From: Entomortierella parvispora E1425
Lineage: Eukaryota > Fungi > Mortierellomycota
Assembly (NCBI GenBank): GCA_020891255.1
Contig: BQFW01000006.1
Location: 496,001 to 560,000 of the forward strand
Direction: 5' to 3'
DNA: 64,000 bases
The notes beneath the pieces were generated by a model. That model worked only from the letters and a program-made list of their open reading frames with translations, was not told the DNA's origin and did no database searches. Positions 1 through 9,612 of this stretch are shown piece after piece (positions within the stretch are counted from its first letter, which is position 1; each line of letters opens with the position of its first letter). A program made the translations under genes and the position numbers.

Positions 1-2818
1 TCTTTGGTGATCTCTTGAGAAAGAAAAGGCGGGGCAGTTTGTCGATACTAGGGGCAGTAGAATGTGCATCCTCCAGATCTGCTGTTGAAATCTCTGAAAT
101 ATTACCCAGGGGGATACCCACTCTTGACGATGGTCTGCTCTCCTTGCTGTTCTCAGTCGAATCCACAAGTGAGCCCCAGTCTGTAGAAGATGAAGACCGG
201 GAGCTGGTGGGTCTTGCAGGTAGAGGTTTGGAGTCAGAATTCTGTTCAACCTCCGGTGTCAAAGACAATTCGGTACTCGACCCTGGCTCAGCTCTCGTAT
301 TCAAGGTTTCAAAGACAGGGATGAGGCCTCTAGATGGAAGCCTAGGTCGGCCCAGATCCAGCTTCTTGACCAGAGTTCGAAGACTGGCAAACGACTTTGC
401 ACCTCTTGGCGGGGATGGTAATTTTACACCATCAGGGTTATTTTGGGAGGACGACGTCTCAGTTGGCTCGGTGAAAGACACTGTTCGCATTGCCAAAGAA
501 GATGATTTGAAAGAGGGAAAATCATCTTTGTTGCCAAGTAGAGAGTTGCGTCGGCTAGGGGAAAGTTGTAGTACTGTGGGGGTGGAAGATCGTGAAACTA
601 GTGGTGTGGGGAGAGGACTGGTATTTCGACTTGACACTGCTTCGTCAGAGGCGGAGGTCGTGATTGCTGTTCTGACGCTTTCTCGTCGTGGAATGCTTGT
701 TCGATTCGGTCGGGGAAGTGATGACTTTGAGCTCACATTCCTCAAGGGGATGTCAATGTGGGTGGAGTGTTTCCGTGAAAGACTCTGTGCAGGAGTGATT
801 GGTCGTGAGCCATCGCCTGGAGACCTACAAAGCCGTGGAATCCTGGAGGGCTGCGCAACAAAGTCTTTAAGGGGGACCACTTGACGGTGAACACGAGAGC
901 CACTTCTTTCTCGGCCCATAATCTGAACCCTCTCCACCAGGTTCTTGTTGCGCCCTTGTCGACGGAACACACCAGGGTCGTCGACATCCAGTCCATCCCA
1001 AAAGTCATCCAGTTCGTCGTGAATGTGAGACTCCTTTCCAAAGATTGATGGCTCCATGTCAGGCCTGTATGGGTGGGTTGTGACAAGCTTGAGGGTTCCC
1101 ATCTCCTCTGGAAAGATGATCCCATCGAGCAAGTTCTCGTCTTCAGTGCTGCTATCTCTTGAGGAAGTGCTGCTGGTCTGACTATGGTTATCCAAAGGGG
1201 TCCCAAAATCCAAATCATCGATATCTGATCCTGAATCCTGCCACTGCAATAATGAAGACTGTTTCCGAGAGAGGCCAAGCCCTTCGGCCCCTGAAGATGC
1301 TCGCCGATATTGACGTGATTGCATATTTAGCTGTAGTGATCCAAAGTCATCAGCGAACTCAAAGTCATCGTCCAGAGTTTCGATTGTGTAAGATCCTGGC
1401 AATGTACTCGTACGGCCTGCTTTCTTATCGGTTCTATACTTAAGACCCTCAAGCCCCTCCAAGGAGCCGAAGGGAGCTGTTGAGGGAAGGTGTCTCTGCA
1501 ACTGCTGGACTTCCGTGCAATGACTCTCGCCTGCATATCCCGAGCCCTCGCTTTCGGTATCCCAATTCTCTATTGAACCAAGAGTGTCAGGAACTGAAGA
1601 GGACTTTGCTAGTGCAGACCTGACGTGGCTGAACCGCAGATCCTCTTCTGGAACCTGAAGATCATCAAGGTCGTCGACCCAAGCAGCAACACGTGTGAAG
1701 GGATTCATTCGGGTAATGATTCCAGAGTATGCAGGCAAGTTGGAAAGCATCATCTCCTGCGTGATCGTAGTCATTGCCTTTTGTGATAGAGTGGGGTTGT
1801 CCTCATCGTTTTTGTCTCCGTCCTTGTGAGTAGGCGAGCCTGTGGAGGTGACAGTGGTGGTGGAGGGAGCAGTAACAGATGCAGTGATCGCTCTAGGTGA
1901 AGATGCCGCTGACGAGCAGGGCGATGCTTCATTGAGAGAGGGCAATTGCGGTTGGAGAAGTTGGGTGTTAGTAGGACCTGTAAGACGCAAAATGTCTTCT
2001 CCTGTAGGTCTCGTCAAAGATGTAGGGTCCGCGGTAGGCGTGATTGTAGGAGGGATGGGAGGGAGCGAGTGGTTCAGGGTAGGGGTAACTTTGCCTAGGC
2101 GGACCTGAGCAGCAGGGGGATCAATATGGGGAAAGGTAGACGAGGTTGCAGGAACGGTGCGTTGCTGCTGGTTGATCTTCATAGGGGCCTTCCTGCCTGT
2201 GGAACGAACGCGGTGTGGAAACAAGGCTGAGGGCACTGGCGAAGCTTCTTTTGTTGACAGTATTGGCTCTGTTGTTGTTGTTGTTGTTGTTTGTGCTGCT
2301 GAAGCTGTGGGAACGGGGAGTGAGGCGTGGGGAGAAGACGACGAAGAAGTCGATAAGGAGGACTCAGGTTCAGAAGTTGACGACAAGGACGAGGTTGAGG
2401 ACGCGCATTGGCGGTGCAGTTGGCCGAGGAGGTGACGAAGTGAGCGGGCAGGGCCAAGGTCAAACGCGTCGTCCCAGGAGTCGATCGCAGGGCTACCATG
2501 GTCTGAATTGGCGGCCTGGTTGTCATTGTTGTCGTCATTCTGATCAATGAATTCTTCTTCATTGCCATCGCCATCGCCATGTCTGTCCGCACGAGGAGGG
2601 CGCTTGCTCCAGTTCTCGCGTTCATGTTCGTCCTGACTATTCGACAAGCGCGCTTTGGCGCCTGTTTTCATTATTGAAGGAGAAGATGCGGCCGCAGTTG
2701 ATGGAGTGAGGGAAGGGGAGTAAGTCGGCCGAGAGAGCAGACTGTCAGCACTGGTGCCGCTCCTGTTGCTGTTGCTATTGCTGCCGCCGCCCGAGGTGGA
2801 TAGAAGACGCGTCGTCAT
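1..2818 (-). CDS. Byr4/Bfa1-like SIN/MEN two-component GAP subunit (cytokinesis regulator), 3'-partial, runs off the window start
   Basis: ATG at 2818 (MTTRLLSTSGGG...). The minus frame reads open for 939 codons to position 1; it is missing from the ORF track, presumably because there is no stop in the window. Acidic aromatic motifs IENWD, IETLDDDFEFADDF, ENLLDGIIFPEE and DDFWDGLDVDD resemble fungal Byr4 repeats. The diagnostic C-terminus lies outside the window. Confidence 0.5.
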   Translation of the reverse strand, partial: MTTRLLSTSGGGSNSNSNRSGTSADSLLSRPTYSPSLTPSTAAASSPSIMKTGAKARLSNSQDEHERENWSKRPPRADRHGDGDGNEEEFIDQNDDNNDNQAANSDHGSPAIDSWDDAFDLGPARSLRHLLGQLHRQCASSTSSLSSTSEPESSLSTSSSSSPHASLPVPTASAAQTTTTTTTEPILSTKEASPVPSALFPHRVRSTGRKAPMKINQQQRTVPATSSTFPHIDPPAAQVRLGKVTPTLNHSLPPIPPTITPTADPTSLTRPTGEDILRLTGPTNTQLLQPQLPSLNEASPCSSAASSPRAITASVTAPSTTTVTSTGSPTHKDGDKNDEDNPTLSQKAMTTITQEMMLSNLPAYSGIITRMNPFTRVAAWVDDLDDLQVPEEDLRFSHVRSALAKSSSVPDTLGSIENWDTESEGSGYAGESHCTEVQQLQRHLPSTAPFGSLEGLEGLKYRTDKKAGRTSTLPGSYTIETLDDDFEFADDFGSLQLNMQSRQYRRASSGAEGLGLSRKQSSLLQWQDSGSDIDDLDFGTPLDNHSQTSSTSSRDSSTEDENLLDGIIFPEEMGTLKLVTTHPYRPDMEPSIFGKESHIHDELDDFWDGLDVDDPGVFRRQGRNKNLVERVQIMGRERSGSRVHRQVVPLKDFVAQPSRIPRLCRSPGDGSRPITPAQSLSRKHSTHIDIPLRNVSSKSSLPRPNRTSIPRRESVRTAITTSASDEAVSSRNTSPLPTPLVSRSSTPTVLQLSPSRRNSLLGNKDDFPSFKSSSLAMRTVSFTEPTETSSSQNNPDGVKLPSPPRGAKSFASLRTLVKKLDLGRPRLPSRGLIPVFETLNTRAEPGSSTELSLTPEVEQNSDSKPLPARPTSSRSSSSTDWGSLVDSTENSKESRPSSRVGIPLGNISEISTADLEDAHSTAPSIDKLPRLFFLKRSPK

Positions 2819-4198
2819 TTCCTAAAGAAGGGTGGCAGGTGGACTAAGAAAAGTGGGTGAGCTGGAGTAGAACTGCAGCTCGATGACGAAAGGTTAAGCG
2901 CAGGAGGAGCAGGAACAGGAGTATGAACAGGAGGGGCAATAACAAAAGAGTGGAGGTTGCCAAGAAGGGAGGACGGAAGGAAACAAGGAAGGATAGGTAA
3001 AAATACAACGTAAGGACAGAACGAGAGCAGCCAGGAGGCGGTGGATGGGGCAGAACAGGAAGGGGACAGGAGGCGAAAGAAAGAAAGAACGAAGATGAGA
3101 GAAGGAGAGAGGAGACGAGGCAAAGAGGAAGAAGAGAGATAGAGGTAGAGAGGAAGAGAGGAAGAAAGGAAGAGAGGAAGAGATAGAGAAAAGAGAGAAA
3201 AGAGAGAAGAGAGAGAAGAGGAAAAAAAAAAAAAGGTGGGCGAAGAGGGTGGAAGCACTAGTGCAGAGACACAGGCATGCACACATGCAATGTCATTCCA
3301 TTCATCTGTCCCATCCATCTCCACCTCGGTTCTCATCATCACAAACTGATACGCTCGTTCCCCTTCGTCTCTCTCTGTTTCCATTTCCTCCTCCCACCCT
3401 TCTTCTCGCTCCACACAACCTAACAAGGAATAGCACAGGATGCATGCGCTGTCAACTCTGCTCCGAAGTGTCTTTCTCCCAGCCAGAGATCCTGAAGACC
3501 ATGATATCCAAAGCAGAGACATCAGCTCCGTGCCGTTTGTGTGGCAGCCAGAGATCCCACTCTCCAAGGAGCCGTCGCAGTCCTGGTATGCTGCTATGTA
3601 CCCTGTTTGTCCCTCTCGTGGGTCCAAGGGGGCGAGCGAGAGAGAGAGAAGTAAGACAGATCGCTCCCTCCTCACGCTCGCTTGCGGGAAGAAAGCCGAC
3701 AGAGAAAAAGGGGCGATCGCCTCCTCTATCTTACCCATCTCTCCTCTTGGGCAGAGACAGGACAGGGTCAGATCTGCTCGCTCTCTTGGTCGTCTATCCT
3801 CATGCCAGGATTCCCAACTCGCTCCAAAGTGAGATGGCAGCCCTTCAATGTGGCACTCCATGGTCCACCCCTGGGTCATCCCCTATCTGCGGATCGCACT
3901 CCCTCTTGCTTCTGTTGCCCCTTCGCTAACCGGACCGTTTTCTTCGTCGTTATCCCTCTTTCTCATGCACTGCCCGTCTATCGTGCCCTCGCTCCCGACT
4001 ACCTCATCATCGTCTTTTTGTCGTCGGGTCGCCGCCTCTACTTTTGATGAAATGAAATTGGCTATGGTCCGTCCGTTCATACAACTCTAAAATGACCATT
4101 TTCGCCCATATTCATCATCCGGTTACGGTACCTCTCGCGTGTATCTTATACTCTCACCACCTCACCACTCTTTCTTTCTCCGTTTGAAAAGGGTCACC

Positions 4199-5912
4199 AT
4201 GACTGAGCTCGTGTTGCCATCGCATTGTGATGTCCGAGGCTTTTGTCTTGGAGGTATGGGCTTCATGTCTATAGGCTAGGGTTGTTGAAGCAAAAAAAAA
4301 ATCCGAGAATAGCCCTCATGCGACCAATGACCAATGACGCGTGTTTGTCTGTTTTTGTTGACCCTTTTCTTGTTTATTTTTTCCCGTCGGGAATATCGTG
4401 CATGTGTCCTTTCCTTTCCTTGGTGGTAACTCTAGGAACCGTGCTCTCCTGGATCGATATCGCCGCAGGTATTGCGGCCAAGAAACACGGTGTCTACCCT
4501 GCAGTGAGTCAGCATGTCTTTGGGTGTGTGTGGATATATAAGCTGCATGGTGTTTGGTCAAAACCAAAAACGTCATCTGCAGTTGAAACGTTGGATCGGG
4601 CCAAAGGATCGGGAAGACTGTGAAAAAAAAAAGACCTCTGGTTTGCTAACCGTTCGAATCGTCAATAATAGGTCACACGAAGTGTTGATGCCGTTCACTT
4701 CCTTGGTCCCATTACAACCCGAAATATCGTCATCCTCCAAGCATGCGTCAACAGAGCCTGGAAAACCTCGATGGAAGTTGGAGTTCGAGTCATGACAGAG
4801 GATCTACTTTCAGCAGATCAGCGATACTGCTGTCACGCTTACCTGACCTTCGTGGCGTTACCCCAGCCTCCGCTCAGTACACTCCTACCCCCTACTCTGA
4901 CTCCAGAACAACAGCGACAACAGCAGGATGAGGCAATTGCTGCTCGTGCTTCCCTAGCCAGCTCGCCTGCAGCAAGACGGTACAGCTTTTCATTGCCAGG
5001 TGCTGGAAAATCAAGCGGGATGTCTTCCAGTGGGCAGCGGTCTATTCAGTTGCCAGCCATTGAACCCATAACACCCATTGAAATGGAGCGATACACCATG
5101 GCTCAGTCTCGAAGAGAGAAGCGATTGCAACAATCTAACGAGGCTAAAGAGGAGGAGAACCAACTATTAAGTGATATTCGGGACCAGATGAGACGATGGA
5201 ATGTCGCCTCGACAACCAGCAGCAGAAGGACAAAACCTGACCTGGATCCTAGCTCCCCTGTCACCGACGGTCATCCGAAAAGGATTGCGATGCAAGCAAC
5301 GTTTGCAGAATCAGCCCAGTTGGTCTTGCCACAGCATGCCAATTCTCTTTCGATTACTTTTGGAGGGCAGGTGATGAAATGGATGGAGAATGTCGCAGCG
5401 GTCTCCGCAAGTCGTTTTGCCAGGGTGCCGATTGTTACAGCCAGGTAAGCGAAACTGTTGTGACCATCTACCCATACAGCCCAGATCTGACACGCACACG
5501 CTAAATCCCATCACCTTTTTTGCAACACCATAGTATCGATTCACTTCAGTTCCACCGAAAGACCATGATTGGCGACTGCCTGACAATGCGATCGGTCGTG
5601 ACGCGGGTCTTCCATTCAAGTATGGAGGTCTATGTCTTCGTGGATTCTGAAAACTTGGTCACTGGCAAACAGACATTCACAAACGAAGCCTTTTTTTCGA
5701 TGGTGGCGCTTCAACCCTCTCTGACCCCACCACTGCCAATTAAGACCTCACTCCCAACTCTGGTCCCAGGGTCCGAGCTAGAGATGGCACTTTCTCACGC
5801 AGGAGAGAAACGTCGGATCCGTCGACTGGAACAAAGAAAGGAGCTGGCGGATCGGGAGGCGCTCGCAGTGTTGATGTCCCCCATGGAGACCAATGACAAG
5901 AGGTTAGAATAG
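4199..5912 (+). CDS. Acyl-CoA thioesterase with two HotDog domains (ACOT7/YciA-like), 4 exons
   Basis: Spliced reading MTELVLPSHCDVRGFCLGG|TVLSWIDIAAGIAAKKH...|VTRSVDAVHFLGPI...SMEVGVRV, then a second repeat AQLVLPQHANSLSITFGGQVMKWMENVAAVSASRF...SIDSLQFHRK...SMEVYV. Introns are GT-AG. An additional upstream exon is possible. Confidence 0.9.
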
Positions 5913-5992
5913 TCAAATCTTAGAAGAGACGGTCCTCTCTATTCCCGCATTATGGCTCGTACAAGAAAATAGACCCTATTTATTGAAACTGA

Positions 5993-7840
5993 CTATGCCT
6001 GTCGAATGACCAGACCCCACACAGCAAGCACTGTTGTGTGGAAAAAAGCACGAGTTCAAAAAAATCCCGAATTAGTATGGTTGTCTCAATACAATTGGAC
6101 ATTGGATTATGACAAAAAAGAGTTATGCGATAAATACCTTTTTGACAACTGATACGACAATGACGTGCACGATCTGAGTCCCACTCGCCAGCAGCATAGA
6201 ACGCACGAGCATGCTTAAGACACGACTCCTCGTGAAACTTTTGGTATAACCGCGTATTGATAGTTTTCTATACGAATAAAGGAAATACATGATTTGTAAA
6301 TCATAGTGCCATGCATGGCGCAACGTTGTCAGGATTCAGTCCCTTCCAAATCGATATTAAAATGGGAAAGTACCTCACGCTCCGTGATTAAGGCTTCCTT
6401 GCGCTCTCCAGAGTTGACGGTGAAGTCATTGGGCAGCACCCAAAAGTCTGCTCCGCTAAGATAAAGTTCAAACAAACAGGCTGCTTGATTGTTGCCAAAG
6501 CGCTCAGGGCACCAGAGCATCTTGTCCCGACGAAGGATAACGGATGGGGCGAAAAAGGGGTCGTAGTTCTGGATGGAGCTCAGCCTCGATTGTTGAGTCG
6601 CCCAAGTGTTATAGTCAACGTTCCTGATTGTCCGCTTCCACGTTTTTTCAGAGAGCACCATCTGGGACTCATGCACCTGAGTCAACAGAGCGTCTTTGGA
6701 GCGAGGCAGTTGGCTTCCTTTTAGAACTGGGACAAGTTCCTTCGACTTATCCTCTGACGTCGTCATGCCCTCGCTTGCTTCGGCTACCATGGCCACATCG
6801 AATCCTGGGAGAACAAACACATTTCCAGATCTGAGCTTTTCCATCCATTGAGGGCGCTCTTTAAAGCTCTTTGCTACGTCGGTCATCGGCATTGATCCAT
6901 CCGCTTCCATCAACAGCACAAAGTCCGTCCTGGCAAAGAATCGTGCAATATTTCGGTGCAAATTTGACTGCTCTTGCACTGTTGTCGATTCGGGCTTGCG
7001 GTGAGTTTGGGGAGAGGTGATGAGGTGAACATCGACCTGTGCGCGGATTTTGGGATGACTAGCGAGCATAGTATGAAGGCGACTAATAGGATTGAGCGCT
7101 CCTGGTTCGTTCGATGCATGGTCAACATGCATTACGACAGAGATGGGGCCTAAAATAAAATAAGAAAACCACAAGATATTAGCCTTGTAACAATAAAATA
7201 GGGTCAAGAATGACGACGCAATTCTTGCTTTTTTTTTTGGACGCAATCTGCGTGGCACTTGTTCCTTGTGTAATATCAATCCGTACCAGGAAAATGCTCC
7301 ACCAGACGGATCAGCTCTGAGAGGTTATCCTGAGGCACAAAAGTCGCCAGCGTAATATCCTCTGGGCGTGGGGTTGATTCGGATCTGACAAAGAACGGTT
7401 GGATATTGTCCGTGAGATCTGGAGTGGAGAACGTAAACATCTTTGAAAGGATCACTCCAGTTGACAACTCTGATACAACTGAGTATGGCTTGTCTAGAAA
7501 TGAGCAAGGGGGCGGAGGGTTTAGTAAAATGGAAAACAATGATGAGACAATGCCAAACCGTGATCGGCTAATCCCTGTCGAAATCCTCTTTACCTGCATC
7601 ATAGGTTCGTTCGAGGTCGTAATGCTTGTAAACGATGGGTTCAGGTTTGGACTCGTAAGTGACGATGTGTTTCAGGGTGAAAAGGGCACAGAATCCGACG
7701 TAGGCCATAAACACGGTGCGGACGAGTCTGGACCGGATGAGACGGCCCAGGGGATGATTGGCCCTGAATGTTGGCGAGAGTAAGGTCGGCGCAGACGCTG
7801 AGGTAGGCAGCAGCGAGGATGGCTTTGGAGGCTTGTACAT
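5993..7840 (-). CDS. Glycosyltransferase family 49 (LARGE/B4GAT1-like), type II membrane protein, about 5 exons
   Basis: ATG at 7840 (MYKPPK...) and an N-terminal TM segment (VFMAYVGFCALFTL). Motifs DITLATFV, GPISVVMH, ARTDFVLLMEAD and WCPERFGNNQAACLFELYLSGADFWVLPNDF; C-terminal exons YQKFHEESCLKHAR...CQK|VLAVWGL. Confidence 0.8.
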
Positions 7841-8097
7841 GCCGTTATAGATTGTTGGTGTCCAGAATGTGGAATGTAAATAAGAGATGGAGGTAGAGAG
7901 AAATGTTAAGCAGCTACGTGAGGTTGAAAGAGAGGGAGGGAGGCACCGACCGCAAAACAGAAGAATGAAAAGGAAAGAAAAATCCGCAAATTGTGCTCTC
8001 AGCTCTCGCAATATCCACCGGACCTTCTTTCTCTAAAGCTTAAGAATTCCTTTAATTTTCCAGGTGTTGTATGTACAAAGAAAAAAAAGCGAGTGGA

Positions 8098-9548
8098 AAA
8101 CGGGATTGTCAGGTCCTTTGGTCTAGAATCGACGGGTATTTGTGGTCTTCTTGGATCCCCCACGCTTCAGCCCTAGATAGTTTTCGTTGGTCAGAGGAGG
8201 TTGGAAGTGGCTATAGACTGCCGACGATGACGATCCCGCGGCCGCATTAGCTGCTGCTGCTGCCGCCCAGCTGGACGAGAATGAGCTATCGTTCCCAAAC
8301 AAGTTGCTAGTGTCTCCAAAAATGTTGGATGAGCTTGAGGGTGAGCCACTCAACCCTGAGAGTGCCGTCTGGAAGGCCAACGGACTGAACCCGGCCGCCG
8401 TCAGATCCTGTTGCAATCGCTTCTTGCTCTCTTCTTGACTCAAAATCTGCTGGATGCGTTTTTGCTCCAGGAAATAGGAAAACTCCTGTTGCTGCGCTGG
8501 TGTCAACAGCATCTCTAATCCAGAAGGGGTCGAGGTCATTCCGGAGTTGACACCAGGGAATGCCGAGGGCGATGAAGCATTGTTTGTGGGCTGGAGCATC
8601 CGCTCCAACAACTTGGGATCCTTCTGTAACGCGATCGTGAACACATCTGCAAGATCCAGCTCAGCCTTGTTCTTGTTGTTCTGCGAGAACAAAGACGATG
8701 AAGTCGACTTTGCCTTTTGACGCTTCAACAGCCATTCTTGCAACAAATTCCGCATCTCCTGCGCCTGCTGCTGTTGGATCTGGAGCTGGTACTGTTGTTG
8801 CTGACGTTGCATTTCCTGTTCGTGATGAAGCTTCATCTCCAATTGCATCTGGTATTGGCGCATCTGCTCTTCCCGTTGTGCTTGTTCGCGTTGCTCGTTG
8901 ACAATTTGTTCTTGGTGACGAATGTATGCCTGCAGTTGTGCGAACTCTTGAGGGAATTCGCGGGAGAACGTGTTCATGTGAACGAGAAACGCCTGTGGGT
9001 TCGAGAGGTTGAGCTGATGAAGGAATTGAAGATACTGGACTCGAAGTTCCTCTTGCTCCTTTTGAAGTCGAATAGATTCGCTCGACATCCACTCATTGTT
9101 GCCATTGTAAGCAGGCAAGGCCCGGAAGAGTGAAGGAGGATCATCAAAGACAGGAGAGGAGTTCTCAAAGGGATCGTGGGTGGTGGGATCCATCTTCATG
9201 AGATAGGCCAGATCAATGTCCATAAACGACTGCTTGGTCATACGACGGAGCATTCCAGGGACCTTGGCTGGGCCGTTGGAGCCATCCAAGCCAGGGACGG
9301 TGCGATGACGACTCTGGAGAGGCTTGTTGGGGGCCATTTGAGACTTCATTGTTGTATGTTGGGTTCTGTGAGAGAGAGAGAAAGAGAGAGAGAGGGAGAG
9401 GGCGTGTGTATGTGTTGCTGTGTAAGAGTCGAGAGCAGTAAAGAATCTGGGGAATTGAGCAAGAGTCGCGCTCTTTTTATACCTGACGGTGTGTGTTTGA
9501 CGATGGCCTGATTAGGAATTTGAGCGACGCTTTCTCGATTGACTAGAA
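8098..9548 (-). repeat. Left arm of a 1451-bp inverted repeat
   Basis: Reverse complement of 17342-18792. Both ends and a microsatellite-containing UTR segment match base for base, and all overlapping ORF translations in the track (408, 143, 138, 111, 67, 64 aa) are identical between the arms. Confidence 0.97.
8123..9349 (-). CDS. Uncharacterised Q-rich, coiled-coil-prone 408-aa protein (copy A, inside the IR)
   Basis: Intronless ORF with ATG, an upstream TATA box (9474-9481) and a pyrimidine-rich 5' UTR. Identical to 17541-18767. No family recognised. Confidence 0.8.
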   Translation of the reverse strand: MKSQMAPNKPLQSRHRTVPGLDGSNGPAKVPGMLRRMTKQSFMDIDLAYLMKMDPTTHDPFENSSPVFDDPPSLFRALPAYNGNNEWMSSESIRLQKEQEELRVQYLQFLHQLNLSNPQAFLVHMNTFSREFPQEFAQLQAYIRHQEQIVNEQREQAQREEQMRQYQMQLEMKLHHEQEMQRQQQQYQLQIQQQQAQEMRNLLQEWLLKRQKAKSTSSSLFSQNNKNKAELDLADVFTIALQKDPKLLERMLQPTNNASSPSAFPGVNSGMTSTPSGLEMLLTPAQQQEFSYFLEQKRIQQILSQEESKKRLQQDLTAAGFSPLAFQTALSGLSGSPSSSSNIFGDTSNLFGNDSSFSSSWAAAAAANAAAGSSSSAVYSHFQPPLTNENYLGLKRGGSKKTTNTRRF

Positions 9549-9612
9549 CATGATTACAAGCACCGCCACATATTCCGTCCAGTGTCATTTGACATCGCCC
9601 CGCAGCAGATTT

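Noticed and set aside
15-884. 289-aa plus-strand ORF, and the other ORFs over 742-2625
   Set aside because: Antisense or off-frame shadows of the uninterrupted minus-strand Byr4-like frame (2818 to 1).
2815-3929. 354-, 226- and 130-aa ORFs
   Set aside because: They arise from GA/CT-rich simple-sequence promoter/UTR DNA between divergent genes, giving S/L/F-rich translations and no domain.
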